From contig RECO01000152.1 of assembly GCA_007694015.1 (NCBI GenBank), positions 7,660 to 71,659 on the forward strand: a stretch of 64,000 nucleotides of DNA, read 5' to 3'. Made by a program: the position numbers and the translations under genes. Below are positions 9,094-17,316 of this stretch, piece by piece; position 1 is the stretch's first letter, and each line of letters begins with the position of its first letter. The notes under the pieces were generated by a model. It was not told where the DNA came from and ran no database searches. It saw nothing but the letters and a program-made list of their open reading frames with translations. This stretch comes from Geminicoccaceae bacterium. Lineage in GTDB: Bacteria; Pseudomonadota; Alphaproteobacteria; Geminicoccales; Geminicoccaceae.

Positions 9094-9936
9094 ATGGTGG
9101 CCGCGGACGACAAGCGCTTCGACGTCCGTTTTTGGGGTGTGCGCGGCACGGTGCCCGTGCCGGGGCCAAGCACCGTCCGCTATGGCGGCAACACGGCCTG
9201 CATCGAAGTCACCTGCGGGGCGACCAAGCTGATCTTCGACATGGGCACGGGCCTGCGCGCCCTCGGCAGCCATTTGGTCGCCCAGGGCACCTGCCAGGCG
9301 CACATCCTCTTGACCCACACCCATCTGGACCACATCGCGGGCTTTCCCTTCTTCAAACCGGCCTACACCCCGCACAACCGCTTCGATCTCTGGTCCGGCC
9401 ATTTGCGCGCCCAGGGCCTCGACCTGCAGAGCACGCTGGCCGGCCTGATGCGCCAGCCCCTGTTCCCGGTGCCGATCGGCCTGATGCACGCCGCGGCCAC
9501 CTTCCACGACATGCATGCCGGTGACGTCTTGAGCCTCGGGCCGGGCGTGACCGTATGCACGGCACCCCTGAACCATCCAGGCGGAGCCACGGGATACCGC
9601 GTCGAGTACGCCGGCAAGGTCTTCGCGCTGATCACCGACACCGAGCACGAGACCGGCAAGTCCGATCGGAACGTGTTGCGCCTGATCGAGGCGGCCGACC
9701 TGGTCGTCTACGACGCCACCTACACCGACGAGGAGTTCAAAGGCTTCATCGGCTGGGGCCATTCGACCTGGCAGGAGGGCGTGCGGCTCTGCCGCGCGGC
9801 CGGGGCCAGGCAACTGGTCCTGTTCCACCACGAACCCGAGCGAAGCGACGACGCCCTGGACGCCATCGCCCGGCGCCTCCACGCCGAGCTGCCGAGCGGG
9901 CTGGTCGGCGCCGAGGGCTTGGTGTTGCACTTGTGA
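9094..9936 (+). CDS. MBL-fold metallo-hydrolase
   Basis: RFWGVRGTVPVPGPSTVRYGGNTACIEV and the HxHxDH motif LLTHTHLDHIAG. The ATG directly follows the upstream TGA. Confidence 0.8.
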   Translation: MVAADDKRFDVRFWGVRGTVPVPGPSTVRYGGNTACIEVTCGATKLIFDMGTGLRALGSHLVAQGTCQAHILLTHTHLDHIAGFPFFKPAYTPHNRFDLWSGHLRAQGLDLQSTLAGLMRQPLFPVPIGLMHAAATFHDMHAGDVLSLGPGVTVCTAPLNHPGGATGYRVEYAGKVFALITDTEHETGKSDRNVLRLIEAADLVVYDATYTDEEFKGFIGWGHSTWQEGVRLCRAAGARQLVLFHHEPERSDDALDAIARRLHAELPSGLVGAEGLVLHL

Positions 9937-10850
9937 GCCGGCTCGCCCGCTTCCGCCGCCGCTGGCGCAGCCACCGCCTGCAAGCGCGGATCGCCCGCGC
10001 TCAGGAGGTGGTGGGCGTGTTCCTGCCCTACCGCCACGCCCAGGACCTCCGCCCCACCGGCGCGCCGGAACTCCTGCCCATCTTCGAAGCGGCCGAACCG
10101 GCGATGCGCGAACTCCTGACGACCATCGAGGGGTTCGCCGATGCCTTCGCCCGCTTCGGCGGCCCGGCTCCGGCCCCCCGCTTCGAGCAGGACTGGTTCC
10201 CCGGCCTGGATGCGCTGGCGGCCTACGCGCTGGTGCGCAGCCGCGCGCCGCGCCAGATCGTCGAGATCGGCAGCGGCCACTCGACCCGAATCATGGCGCG
10301 GGCCATGGCCGATGGCGGCCTTGCCACACGCATCACGGCGATCGACCCGGCACCGCGGGCAGCGCTGCGCGACCTGCCCGTCACCTGGCACGCCCAGCTC
10401 CTCCAGGCGAGCGACCCGGCGCTGGTCGACCGGCTCGCTCCGGGCGACATCCTGTTCGTCGATTCGAGCCACCTGCTCGTCGCCGGCAGCGACGTCGAAT
10501 GGGTGCTCACCCGCCTCCTGCCGCGCGTGCGGCCCGGCGTGCTGCTCCACGTCCACGACGTTTTCCTACCCGATCCCTACCCACCGAACTGGGCGTGGCG
10601 CGGCTACAACGAGCAGGCGGCCTTGGTACCCCTGCTCCTCGGCGGCTGGCGGCTCTTGTGGACCAGCCACTACCTGCGCACGCACCGCCCGCAGTTGCTC
10701 CAAGACAATCTCGCAGCCCATGTCCCTCCGCCCGAGGGCGCCTTCGAGAGCAGCCTCTGGCTGGAGCGCACACCGGCTTGTGTACCGCCGCATCGAAGCG
10801 GCAATCCAGGTAGCGGCAGGAAGGCAAAGCGGAGGCTCGGCGCATCTTGA
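9933..10850 (+). CDS. class I SAM-dependent methyltransferase (Methyltransf_24-like)
   Basis: GTG start in a GTGA overlap with the upstream stop. SAM motif I is IVEIGSGHSTRIMA, and a later motif is ILFVDSSH. Confidence 0.65.
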   Translation: MSRLARFRRRWRSHRLQARIARAQEVVGVFLPYRHAQDLRPTGAPELLPIFEAAEPAMRELLTTIEGFADAFARFGGPAPAPRFEQDWFPGLDALAAYALVRSRAPRQIVEIGSGHSTRIMARAMADGGLATRITAIDPAPRAALRDLPVTWHAQLLQASDPALVDRLAPGDILFVDSSHLLVAGSDVEWVLTRLLPRVRPGVLLHVHDVFLPDPYPPNWAWRGYNEQAALVPLLLGGWRLLWTSHYLRTHRPQLLQDNLAAHVPPPEGAFESSLWLERTPACVPPHRSGNPGSGRKAKRRLGAS

Positions 10851-11653
10851 CGCTGTCGACGTTGCGACGCTGGCTCACCAACGAGATCCCGCGCCCGCCG
10901 GAGGCGACGGCGGTGGTCTTCGCCCATGGCTATCTCGGGGCCTTGCCGCGCGCCTATTGGATCGGCTGCACCCGGTTGATGGCGCAACTGCGCGCCCGCG
11001 GTATCGCCGTCCACGTCGCGCAGGCGCACATGACCGGCCGGATCGCGGAGCGGGCGCGCCATCTCGCCCGCGAACTCGACGCGACCACGGCCCGTCGGGT
11101 CATCGTCGTCGGCCACTCCATGGGCGGCTTGGATGCGCGCTTCCTGGCGGCTTGGCTCGACCCGCAGCACCGCGTTTCGGACGTCATCACGCTCGGCACC
11201 CCGCATCACGGCACCTATGCCGCCGATATGGCGCATCGGCTGGCACCGCGGCTGCCGGCCCTGGTCCGCCTGCTCGACCAGGGGGGGCTCTACGACCTGA
11301 CGCGCGCGGCCGTGGCCCGCTTCAACGCCGAGGTGCCGGATCGCCCGGACGTTCGCTACCACGCCATCGCCGGGCGGATCGCGCCGGCCGCGGTTCCGGC
11401 GCCGATCCGCCCCCTCGCCCGCCGCCTGCAACAGCACGATGGCGACAATGACGGGCTGGTTCCGGTGGCCTCGGCACATTGGGGCCCCACCGTCGTGATC
11501 GACGACGCCGACCACTTCGCCCTGATCGGCCTCGAATGGCTTGCCGGCCCTGACGTCGAAGCGCGGGTATCACGACTGTTCCGCAGCGACCCCCGCCCGG
11601 TCGGGGTCTTGCGCTCCCTCCTGCGCGACTGCCTCCTCCGCCCGCCTGGCTAG
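10847..11653 (+). CDS. alpha/beta hydrolase, lipase/esterase-like
   Basis: TTG start in a TTGA overlap with the upstream stop. Oxyanion region VVFAHGYLG, nucleophile elbow GHSMGG, and late D/H residues (DGLVP, DHFALIG). Confidence 0.75.
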   Translation: MTLSTLRRWLTNEIPRPPEATAVVFAHGYLGALPRAYWIGCTRLMAQLRARGIAVHVAQAHMTGRIAERARHLARELDATTARRVIVVGHSMGGLDARFLAAWLDPQHRVSDVITLGTPHHGTYAADMAHRLAPRLPALVRLLDQGGLYDLTRAAVARFNAEVPDRPDVRYHAIAGRIAPAAVPAPIRPLARRLQQHDGDNDGLVPVASAHWGPTVVIDDADHFALIGLEWLAGPDVEARVSRLFRSDPRPVGVLRSLLRDCLLRPPG

Positions 11654-11776
11654 AGCGTTTCCCGAAATGCTTGACCATCCCTCTCCCCCGCCCGGCCACC
11701 CACGAGTGTACGATACCATGGGTGGCCGGGCGGGGGAGAGGGATGGTCCGTGCGCTACCTAACCGGGAAACGCTCT
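11652..11776. repeat. 125-nt long-stem palindromic element (REP/MITE-like), copy 1
   Basis: Outer arms are AGAGCGTTTCCCG (11652-11664) and CGGGAAACGCTCT (11764-11776). The inner stem is a perfect 30 bp, GACCATCCCTCTCCCCCGCCCGGCCACCCA (11673-11702) with its complement at 11719-11748. The loop is 16 nt. Confidence 0.85.
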
Positions 11777-11796
11777 AACCTCTGCCCACAAGTCTC

Positions 11797-11876
11797 GGGG
11801 GGTTCCAAAGGGGGCAAAAAGCCCCCTTTGCTTTCTTTCTCACCTTTTCCCTTACCTGCTTCCTCCCTTACCTGCT
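11797..11876 (+). repeat. GC-hairpin/polypyrimidine-tail element, copy 2; likely terminator of the 8602-11653 operon
   Basis: G-run at 11797-11802. Hairpin AAAGGGGGC-AAAAA-GCCCCCTTT at 11807-11829. C/T tail includes a tandem 16-mer CCCTTACCTGCTTCCT x2 (11849-11878) that runs into the App1-like stop. Confidence 0.7.
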
Positions 11877-13037
11877 TCAGCCGAGGGCAGCGCGCACCTG
11901 GGCGACGGCGCTGCGTTGGATGAAGCCCAGCTCGGCGAGGGCGTGGGCCATCGGCAGGGTGGAGGTGGCCAGCACCAGCTTGGCACCGGCGCGTCCGAGG
12001 TCGATTTCCATCGAGCGGATGGCGCGCTCGCGCTCGACCGAGTGGGCGAGATCTCGGATCATCACGGCGGCCACGCGCCCCGGAAAGTCGGCGACGATGG
12101 AGGCATAGACCTCGGCGTCCTCCTGGCCGCTATCGCCGATCAGGACGACGGGAAGGTTTGGGGCGATCTGCAGCAAGTGGCGGATGAGGGCGCGTTTGTG
12201 GGCCTTGTCCTTGCGCGCCACGGGCCGATACCAGCGCAGTCCCCATTCCCTCAGGAACAGCACCGAATCGCGCGGGAAGTGCTGGAGACGAAAAAACGCC
12301 TGCAAGGTCTCGTAGATCGTCCAAGGGGCTCGGCTGACGAACACGATGGGGTTGCGCTCGTCGCCCTTGGGGCCGCGCTGGACGGCCCGCAGGAGTTCGG
12401 CGAAACCCGGCACGGCGGCGCGGCTGCGGGGTCCGAGCACGAACAGCCGCCAGAGCATGACGAAGCGGTTGGCAACCCCTGTCTCGACCACGGTGTCGTC
12501 GATGTCGCTGACCACGAGGCAGCGGCTATCCGGCGGGTGCAGGAAGACGCGGGCCGTGACCGCGGCGGAGGGGTCACGTTCGAGTTGCAACACCACGTCC
12601 TGCCAGCCGCAGGCTCCATTGCCCCGGCGGTCGACCACCGGCAGGTCGAAGCGGAAATAGCCATCGCCGTCGGTGACGGTGACGGCCACGGCCTCGTGCA
12701 GTCTGGCGCGGACGGTTTCACCCGCCACGCCTCGCCTGAGCATCCGCCGGACGACGTCGAGGGCGTCCCGCGCCAAGGGGTCCTTCGGGTAGAGCGCCTT
12801 CGGCTGGCGCAACACCCGGCCCATGACCAACGCGCGCTGTGGCGAGCCGAAGCCGCGATAGGGCTGGACCAACAACACCCGCTCGCGGCGCGCCCGGCGC
12901 ACCGGACGCGCAAGGAGCCATACCAAGCCACGAAGGCGGCCGAAAAAGCGCCGCAGAGGCGGTCGGTGGCTGCGTGGCGCCGTCAAGAGAGAACCCCAGT
13001 CGATCGTCCGCCGTCGTCCGAGCGACGCCCGGCGCAC
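11877..13037 (-). CDS. App1-family (DUF2183) phosphatidate-phosphatase-like protein
   Basis: HAD-type DxDxT motif VVSDIDDTVVETG, and LIGDSGQEDAEVY downstream. Confidence 0.7.
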   Translation of the reverse strand: MRRASLGRRRTIDWGSLLTAPRSHRPPLRRFFGRLRGLVWLLARPVRRARRERVLLVQPYRGFGSPQRALVMGRVLRQPKALYPKDPLARDALDVVRRMLRRGVAGETVRARLHEAVAVTVTDGDGYFRFDLPVVDRRGNGACGWQDVVLQLERDPSAAVTARVFLHPPDSRCLVVSDIDDTVVETGVANRFVMLWRLFVLGPRSRAAVPGFAELLRAVQRGPKGDERNPIVFVSRAPWTIYETLQAFFRLQHFPRDSVLFLREWGLRWYRPVARKDKAHKRALIRHLLQIAPNLPVVLIGDSGQEDAEVYASIVADFPGRVAAVMIRDLAHSVERERAIRSMEIDLGRAGAKLVLATSTLPMAHALAELGFIQRSAVAQVRAALG

Positions 13038-13098
13038 GCGTCATGCGCAGCGCCATCCTAGCGGCCCGATGCGGTTTCCAGCAAGCGCGCGCCGACGA

Positions 13099-13545
13099 TC
13101 AGCGCGGCACGCAATAGCCCGGCAGTGGCATCGCTGCGGCCGCGGCCGGTTCGAGATCCGCGTAGCGCCCACCGCTGAAGCGCGCGCAGTCACGGCCCAA
13201 GCCCGCGGCGACCAGCCGTGCTGCGAGGTCACTGCCGTCCGCAACCAGGAAACAGCGGGCGACGACCCGGTTGTAGGACCGGCGCCCGTTCGGCACGCAG
13301 CGCACGTCATCCTCGGCCAGGAGTGCGATGACGAAATCGCGGGCTTGCTGGCCGAACGGCTCGTTCAACTCGGGCGCGTGCAAACCTTCGATGCGGACGC
13401 GCTGGCCGCCAACGACGATGGTGTCGCCGTCGATCACCCGGACATCCCCCCGAATGTCGTCGGCCATGCTCACCGGAGCGAAGGCCAGCAAAGCCAGACA
13501 GGCCATCACGCCAAGGCGTGGGCGGATTCGCACGAACATCCCCAA
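13099..13545 (-). CDS. thermonuclease (SNase) family protein, secreted
   Basis: Signal peptide MACLALLAFAPVSMA, then VIDGDTIVVGGQRVRIEGLHAPE, which is SNase-like. Confidence 0.8.
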   Translation of the reverse strand: MGMFVRIRPRLGVMACLALLAFAPVSMADDIRGDVRVIDGDTIVVGGQRVRIEGLHAPELNEPFGQQARDFVIALLAEDDVRCVPNGRRSYNRVVARCFLVADGSDLAARLVAAGLGRDCARFSGGRYADLEPAAAAAMPLPGYCVPR

Positions 13546-13610
13546 CCCCCAACCTGAAGTGGAGAGTCTCTATAGCACAATCGCGTAAAATTTTCAACCT
13601 GAGGTAGAAT

Positions 13611-13910
13611 CTACCGTCTGGTTTTGGCTTCCTGACGCTCGGCCACGCGGAGGATTTTGCAGATCATTGCCAAGAGGAGCACTTGCGCGCCGCCGAACAG
13701 CAAGATCGGTGGGAGAAATCCCCAGCCCCAGATGTCGATGGCGGCGATGATGCCGAACGAAGCGCCGAAAAACGGCACCAAAGCGACAGCCAACGCGATC
13801 AGGCGCGCAGCGACACCGCCGACGTCGAACCAAACCCCCAAGCCGGCCAAAATGGCGACCGACTGCACGACCGTGATGACGACGAAGGCGACGAGAAAGG
13901 GTGCGAGCAT
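13611..13910 (-). CDS. hypothetical small integral membrane protein
   Basis: 99 aa with 3 predicted hydrophobic helices and a basic C-terminal tail. I recognise no family. Confidence 0.45.
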   Translation of the reverse strand: MLAPFLVAFVVITVVQSVAILAGLGVWFDVGGVAARLIALAVALVPFFGASFGIIAAIDIWGWGFLPPILLFGGAQVLLLAMICKILRVAERQEAKTRR

Positions 13911-14250
13911 GCAAACCTCCTAGGGAGGAACGTAGTACGAAAGTCGATGGCGTCCAGCGCGCTTCGGCCCGATTTGGCCAAAGACGTCATGGCAAAAATG
14001 CGCATCTCCCGTCGTGATTTCCCGTTCCGACGGCTTTCACCTCAGTAGCCGGCACCGGGGCAGCAAAGGCCCTATGGCAAAGGAAAATTGGGCCGCAGCG
14101 CACCGGAAACCGGAATCGAACGCCCATCAATCTCAGAAATTTCACAGCGCCAGCACAGACAACATACCGATTTCATGCTAAGGCTCGCGACCAAGGGCGT
14201 ACACGAAGGACCATTGCCCACGCCCCCCTGCCCGCCAGGAGGACACCGCC

Positions 14251-15729
14251 GTGACCAGCGAAGCCATCACCAAGTCCGCAGCCGATCTGCGCTGCCGTCC
14301 CAATCTGGACGATCCGGGCACGGCCGCTCGGCTGTTCACGTGGGCGACCGCCCGCGCCCGCTTTCCCGCGCTCGCCGGTGGCCGCTTCAACATGGCAATC
14401 GAAGCCGTCGACCGGCAGGTGGAGGCGGGGCGGGGCGCCGAGATCGCACTTCGCTTCGTGGCCGCCGACGACCGGGTTAGCGAATTGACCTACGGCGAGT
14501 TGGCCCGGCGCACCCATGCCTTTGCCCGCACCCTGGGCAGTCTCCAGGTGAACAGTGGCGCCACCGTGGCCTCATGGTTGCCGGCGGAGCCGGCCTACGC
14601 GCAAGCCCTGCTCGGGACCTTGGAAGCCGGGGCCGTGTTTTGCCCGCTCGACCCGCGCTCGTCGCCCGAGACCCTTGCCGCCCGCTTGGCCGTCGCCGAA
14701 GCCCGGGTACTGGTGACCACGCGCGCGCGCTACCGCGACGTGGTGCGCCACGTGCAGAACCGCCTGCCGTCGTTGCAGTGGATCCTGTTGAGCGACGGCC
14801 GGGCGGAGGACGAAGGCGGTCTCGTCCGCGCGCTGCCCGCGCGCCTGCAGGCCGCGCCCACGACGGCTCCAGACGTCGTGACCGGCGGTCAGGACGTTGC
14901 CTTGCTGCACTTCACGCGCGGGACCATGGGTCGGGCCAAGGCCGTGCTCCACGTCCACGAGGCGCTCGTCGCCCACGTCTGGACGGCGCGCGCGGCCCTC
15001 GACCTGCACCCCGACGACGTGTTTTGCTGCACCCTCGACCCGACCTCCGCACTGGGGCTTGCCTATGGTTTCCTGGCCCCCCTGACCCTCGGTGTCGTCA
15101 GCATCATCGACGAAGTCGGCGCTGTGGCCTCCGCCGGCAGCGGTGGTCGGCTCTACGCGCTCCTGCAGAACCAAAGGGTCACCGTGTTGCTGACGAACCC
15201 AGAGGTGATCGATCGGTTGCGCAGCACCGATTGGCGCTTGCCCCAGCACTACGACCTCCGACGGATGCGCTTCATCGTCAGCGTCGGGGGTGGCTTGCCG
15301 CCGAGTGCCATCGCCTGGAGTCAAGCATTCTTGGGCACCCCCATCCACAACCAATGGGGCCAGGCCGAAACCGGTGCCATTCTGCTCGCCAATCTGGCGG
15401 CAACGCCGGTTCAGCCGGGCTGCCTCGGCCGACCCTTGCCAGGGGTCGAGGCCGCAATCGTGCGACGCACCGAACGCGGCGTCGAGCCGCTCGGTGCCCA
15501 AGCGGTCGAGGGAGAATTGGCGCTGCGCTGCGGCTGGCCTTCGATGTACCGCGGCTTTCGGGGAGACCCAGGTCGCGCCGAGGCCTGCCTGGTCGACGGC
15601 TGGTACCTCACGGGCGACCGCTTCCGGCGCGATGCCGCGGGTGATTTCTGGTTCGTCGGTCGCTGCCCGCCGGGGGTCAAGGCGCCGAGCGTCGAGCCAC
15701 CAACCGACCGCTCGCCCGTGCCGGCCTGA
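14251..15729 (+). CDS. acetyl-CoA-synthetase-like adenylate-forming enzyme, N-terminal domain only (possible pseudogene)
   Basis: GTG start after AGGAGGA. Degenerate P-loop FTRGTMGRAKA, NQWGQAETG (compare WWQTETG), and YLTGDRFRRDAAGDFWFVGR. The sequence then diverges and stops, so there is no C-terminal subdomain. Confidence 0.7.
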   Translation: MTSEAITKSAADLRCRPNLDDPGTAARLFTWATARARFPALAGGRFNMAIEAVDRQVEAGRGAEIALRFVAADDRVSELTYGELARRTHAFARTLGSLQVNSGATVASWLPAEPAYAQALLGTLEAGAVFCPLDPRSSPETLAARLAVAEARVLVTTRARYRDVVRHVQNRLPSLQWILLSDGRAEDEGGLVRALPARLQAAPTTAPDVVTGGQDVALLHFTRGTMGRAKAVLHVHEALVAHVWTARAALDLHPDDVFCCTLDPTSALGLAYGFLAPLTLGVVSIIDEVGAVASAGSGGRLYALLQNQRVTVLLTNPEVIDRLRSTDWRLPQHYDLRRMRFIVSVGGGLPPSAIAWSQAFLGTPIHNQWGQAETGAILLANLAATPVQPGCLGRPLPGVEAAIVRRTERGVEPLGAQAVEGELALRCGWPSMYRGFRGDPGRAEACLVDGWYLTGDRFRRDAAGDFWFVGRCPPGVKAPSVEPPTDRSPVPA

Positions 15730-15768
15730 CCCCGACGCCGGGAAAGGGTGCGCCGGGGGCCTCCAGGC

Positions 15769-16704
15769 TCAGGTCTCCTTCGGCTTCTCGTCATCCGCGG
15801 GTACGGCCCGCGGAGCGGCGGGCTCGACCGGCTGCGGCTCCACCACCGGCGCCACCGCGACGGGTGCCGCCTCGCTCTCCCGCTGCCGCGCCCGTTCTGC
15901 CGCGACCGTTTCCGCCACCCGCAAGAGTCGCGCCGGCTCCAGCGCGCCGGAAAGTGCGAAGAGCAGCTGACCATCTTGCCAGAAGAGCGAGGTCTGTTGC
16001 GGATTGATGTTGGTTGCGAGACTGTCCCGCTCGCTGCCGAAGGCCGCGACCGTCAGGGCCAAACGACTGCCCTTGCTGGTGTCGATCGGGTCGTAGGAGA
16101 AACGGATCACCGGGCCGTACGCCGTGAGGTCCGCGCGCCCGTCGACCAGCTGGTAGCCGATCCGCTGCAGATTGGGGGGATGGACGTCGAGGCGCGTCGC
16201 GGCGGTCGGTGCGGACCCCGCGTCGTCACTCCGCAGTCCATCACCGCCGGGTATGGCGACGGCAGGCGTCGGTGTGAGTGCCGTGGGAGTAGGCTGGAGC
16301 GTTTGGGTCGGGAATACGGCCACCACGGGCGGCCGTTCGGCGTGCTCGGCGACATAGCGCTGCGCCTGCCAGCCGAGCGCACCGGTACCGACGATGACGC
16401 AAGCGGCGATCGAAGCCACCACGGCGTGCCGCACGCGGCGGACGTGGTGGAGCTTGCGCGCCAGACCCAAAGCGGCCGGCGGCAACATGACGTTGTCGTC
16501 GCGCGCACCGTGCAGGCCTTGCAGCAGCACGTTCTGGTGCTGATAGGCCATCACCCGCTCGAAGGCGTCCGGGTCGGTCGACAGGATGGCCTCGACCCGC
16601 ACCCGCTCGCGCGGATCGAGCGCACCGTCGACGAAACGTTGGACGAGCTCGTCGTGGACGTCCGCAGCCGTGGCCGACGGGGGCGATGAGGGGTGCACGG
16701 TCAT
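15769..16704 (-). CDS. anti-sigma factor (single-pass membrane)
   Basis: 4-nt overlap with the ECF sigma gene. N-terminal FVDGALDPRERVRVEAIL, TM segment AVVASIAACVIVGTGALGW, and a Pro/Ala-rich C-terminus. Confidence 0.65.
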   Translation of the reverse strand: MTVHPSSPPSATAADVHDELVQRFVDGALDPRERVRVEAILSTDPDAFERVMAYQHQNVLLQGLHGARDDNVMLPPAALGLARKLHHVRRVRHAVVASIAACVIVGTGALGWQAQRYVAEHAERPPVVAVFPTQTLQPTPTALTPTPAVAIPGGDGLRSDDAGSAPTAATRLDVHPPNLQRIGYQLVDGRADLTAYGPVIRFSYDPIDTSKGSRLALTVAAFGSERDSLATNINPQQTSLFWQDGQLLFALSGALEPARLLRVAETVAAERARQRESEAAPVAVAPVVEPQPVEPAAPRAVPADDEKPKET

Positions 16705-17288
16705 CCGCTTTTCCGCATGGCGGGAGCAACGATCTGCTTGGCTTCGATCAATTCGCGTAGTCTGGCGCGACCGCGCGACAGCCGCGACATCACGGTCCCG
16801 ATCGGCACGTCCAAGATCTTGGCAACTTCTTGATAAGTGAGGCCCTCGAGGCCAACCAACAAGACCACCTCGCGCTGCTCGTCGCCGAGGGTGTCGAGGG
16901 CGCGGCCGAGATCGCGCAACTCCAGCCGACGCTCCTGGTTCGGCCCGATCGACGGATGCTCGACGACGTTGTCGATGTCGACGGTGTTGGGCGCCGCACG
17001 GCGGGCTCGATATTGGTCGACGTAGAGATTGTGCAGGATGGTGAACAGATAGGAGCGGAGGTCGCGGATCGGCGTCCAGGGGCGCAGCCGGGCAAGCGCC
17101 CGCGCGAGGCTTTCCTGAACCAGGTCCTCCGCCTCTTGCGCATTGCCGACGAGGGCGCGCGCGTAGCGCCGCATCCCGGCTATGTGGCCAACCAGCGCCT
17201 CTTCCAAGGCGTCGACACCATCCTCAGCCCCACTGCGCACCGCGTCGTCCTTGCTCTCGGGTTCCCGCCACCGGCACACCGGCACCAT
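16701..17288 (-). CDS. ECF-type RNA polymerase sigma-70 factor
   Basis: Region 2 is DLVQESLARAL...YLFTILHNLYVDQYR. Region 4 is LTYQEVAKILDVPIGTVMSRLSRGRARL. Confidence 0.9.
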   Translation of the reverse strand: MVPVCRWREPESKDDAVRSGAEDGVDALEEALVGHIAGMRRYARALVGNAQEAEDLVQESLARALARLRPWTPIRDLRSYLFTILHNLYVDQYRARRAAPNTVDIDNVVEHPSIGPNQERRLELRDLGRALDTLGDEQREVVLLVGLEGLTYQEVAKILDVPIGTVMSRLSRGRARLRELIEAKQIVAPAMRKSG

Positions 17289-17316
17289 TGGTGACGTCGA
17301 CGAGCGAAGCGCGGTT

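Noticed and set aside
11541-11762. Two ORFs (11541-11762 and 28357-28674) sharing the peptide RAFPEMLDHPSPPPGHPRV, which could look like a repeated small gene
   Set aside because: The shared peptide is simply the translation of the left arm of the palindromic DNA repeat. The flanking residues are unrelated and there are no start or RBS signals.
14088-14160. tRNA-like fragment on the minus strand containing GTTCGATTCC (T-loop-like), possibly a remnant att site
   Set aside because: I could not pair a T-stem, an anticodon stem or an acceptor stem around it. It is most likely a chance match in a lower-GC spacer.
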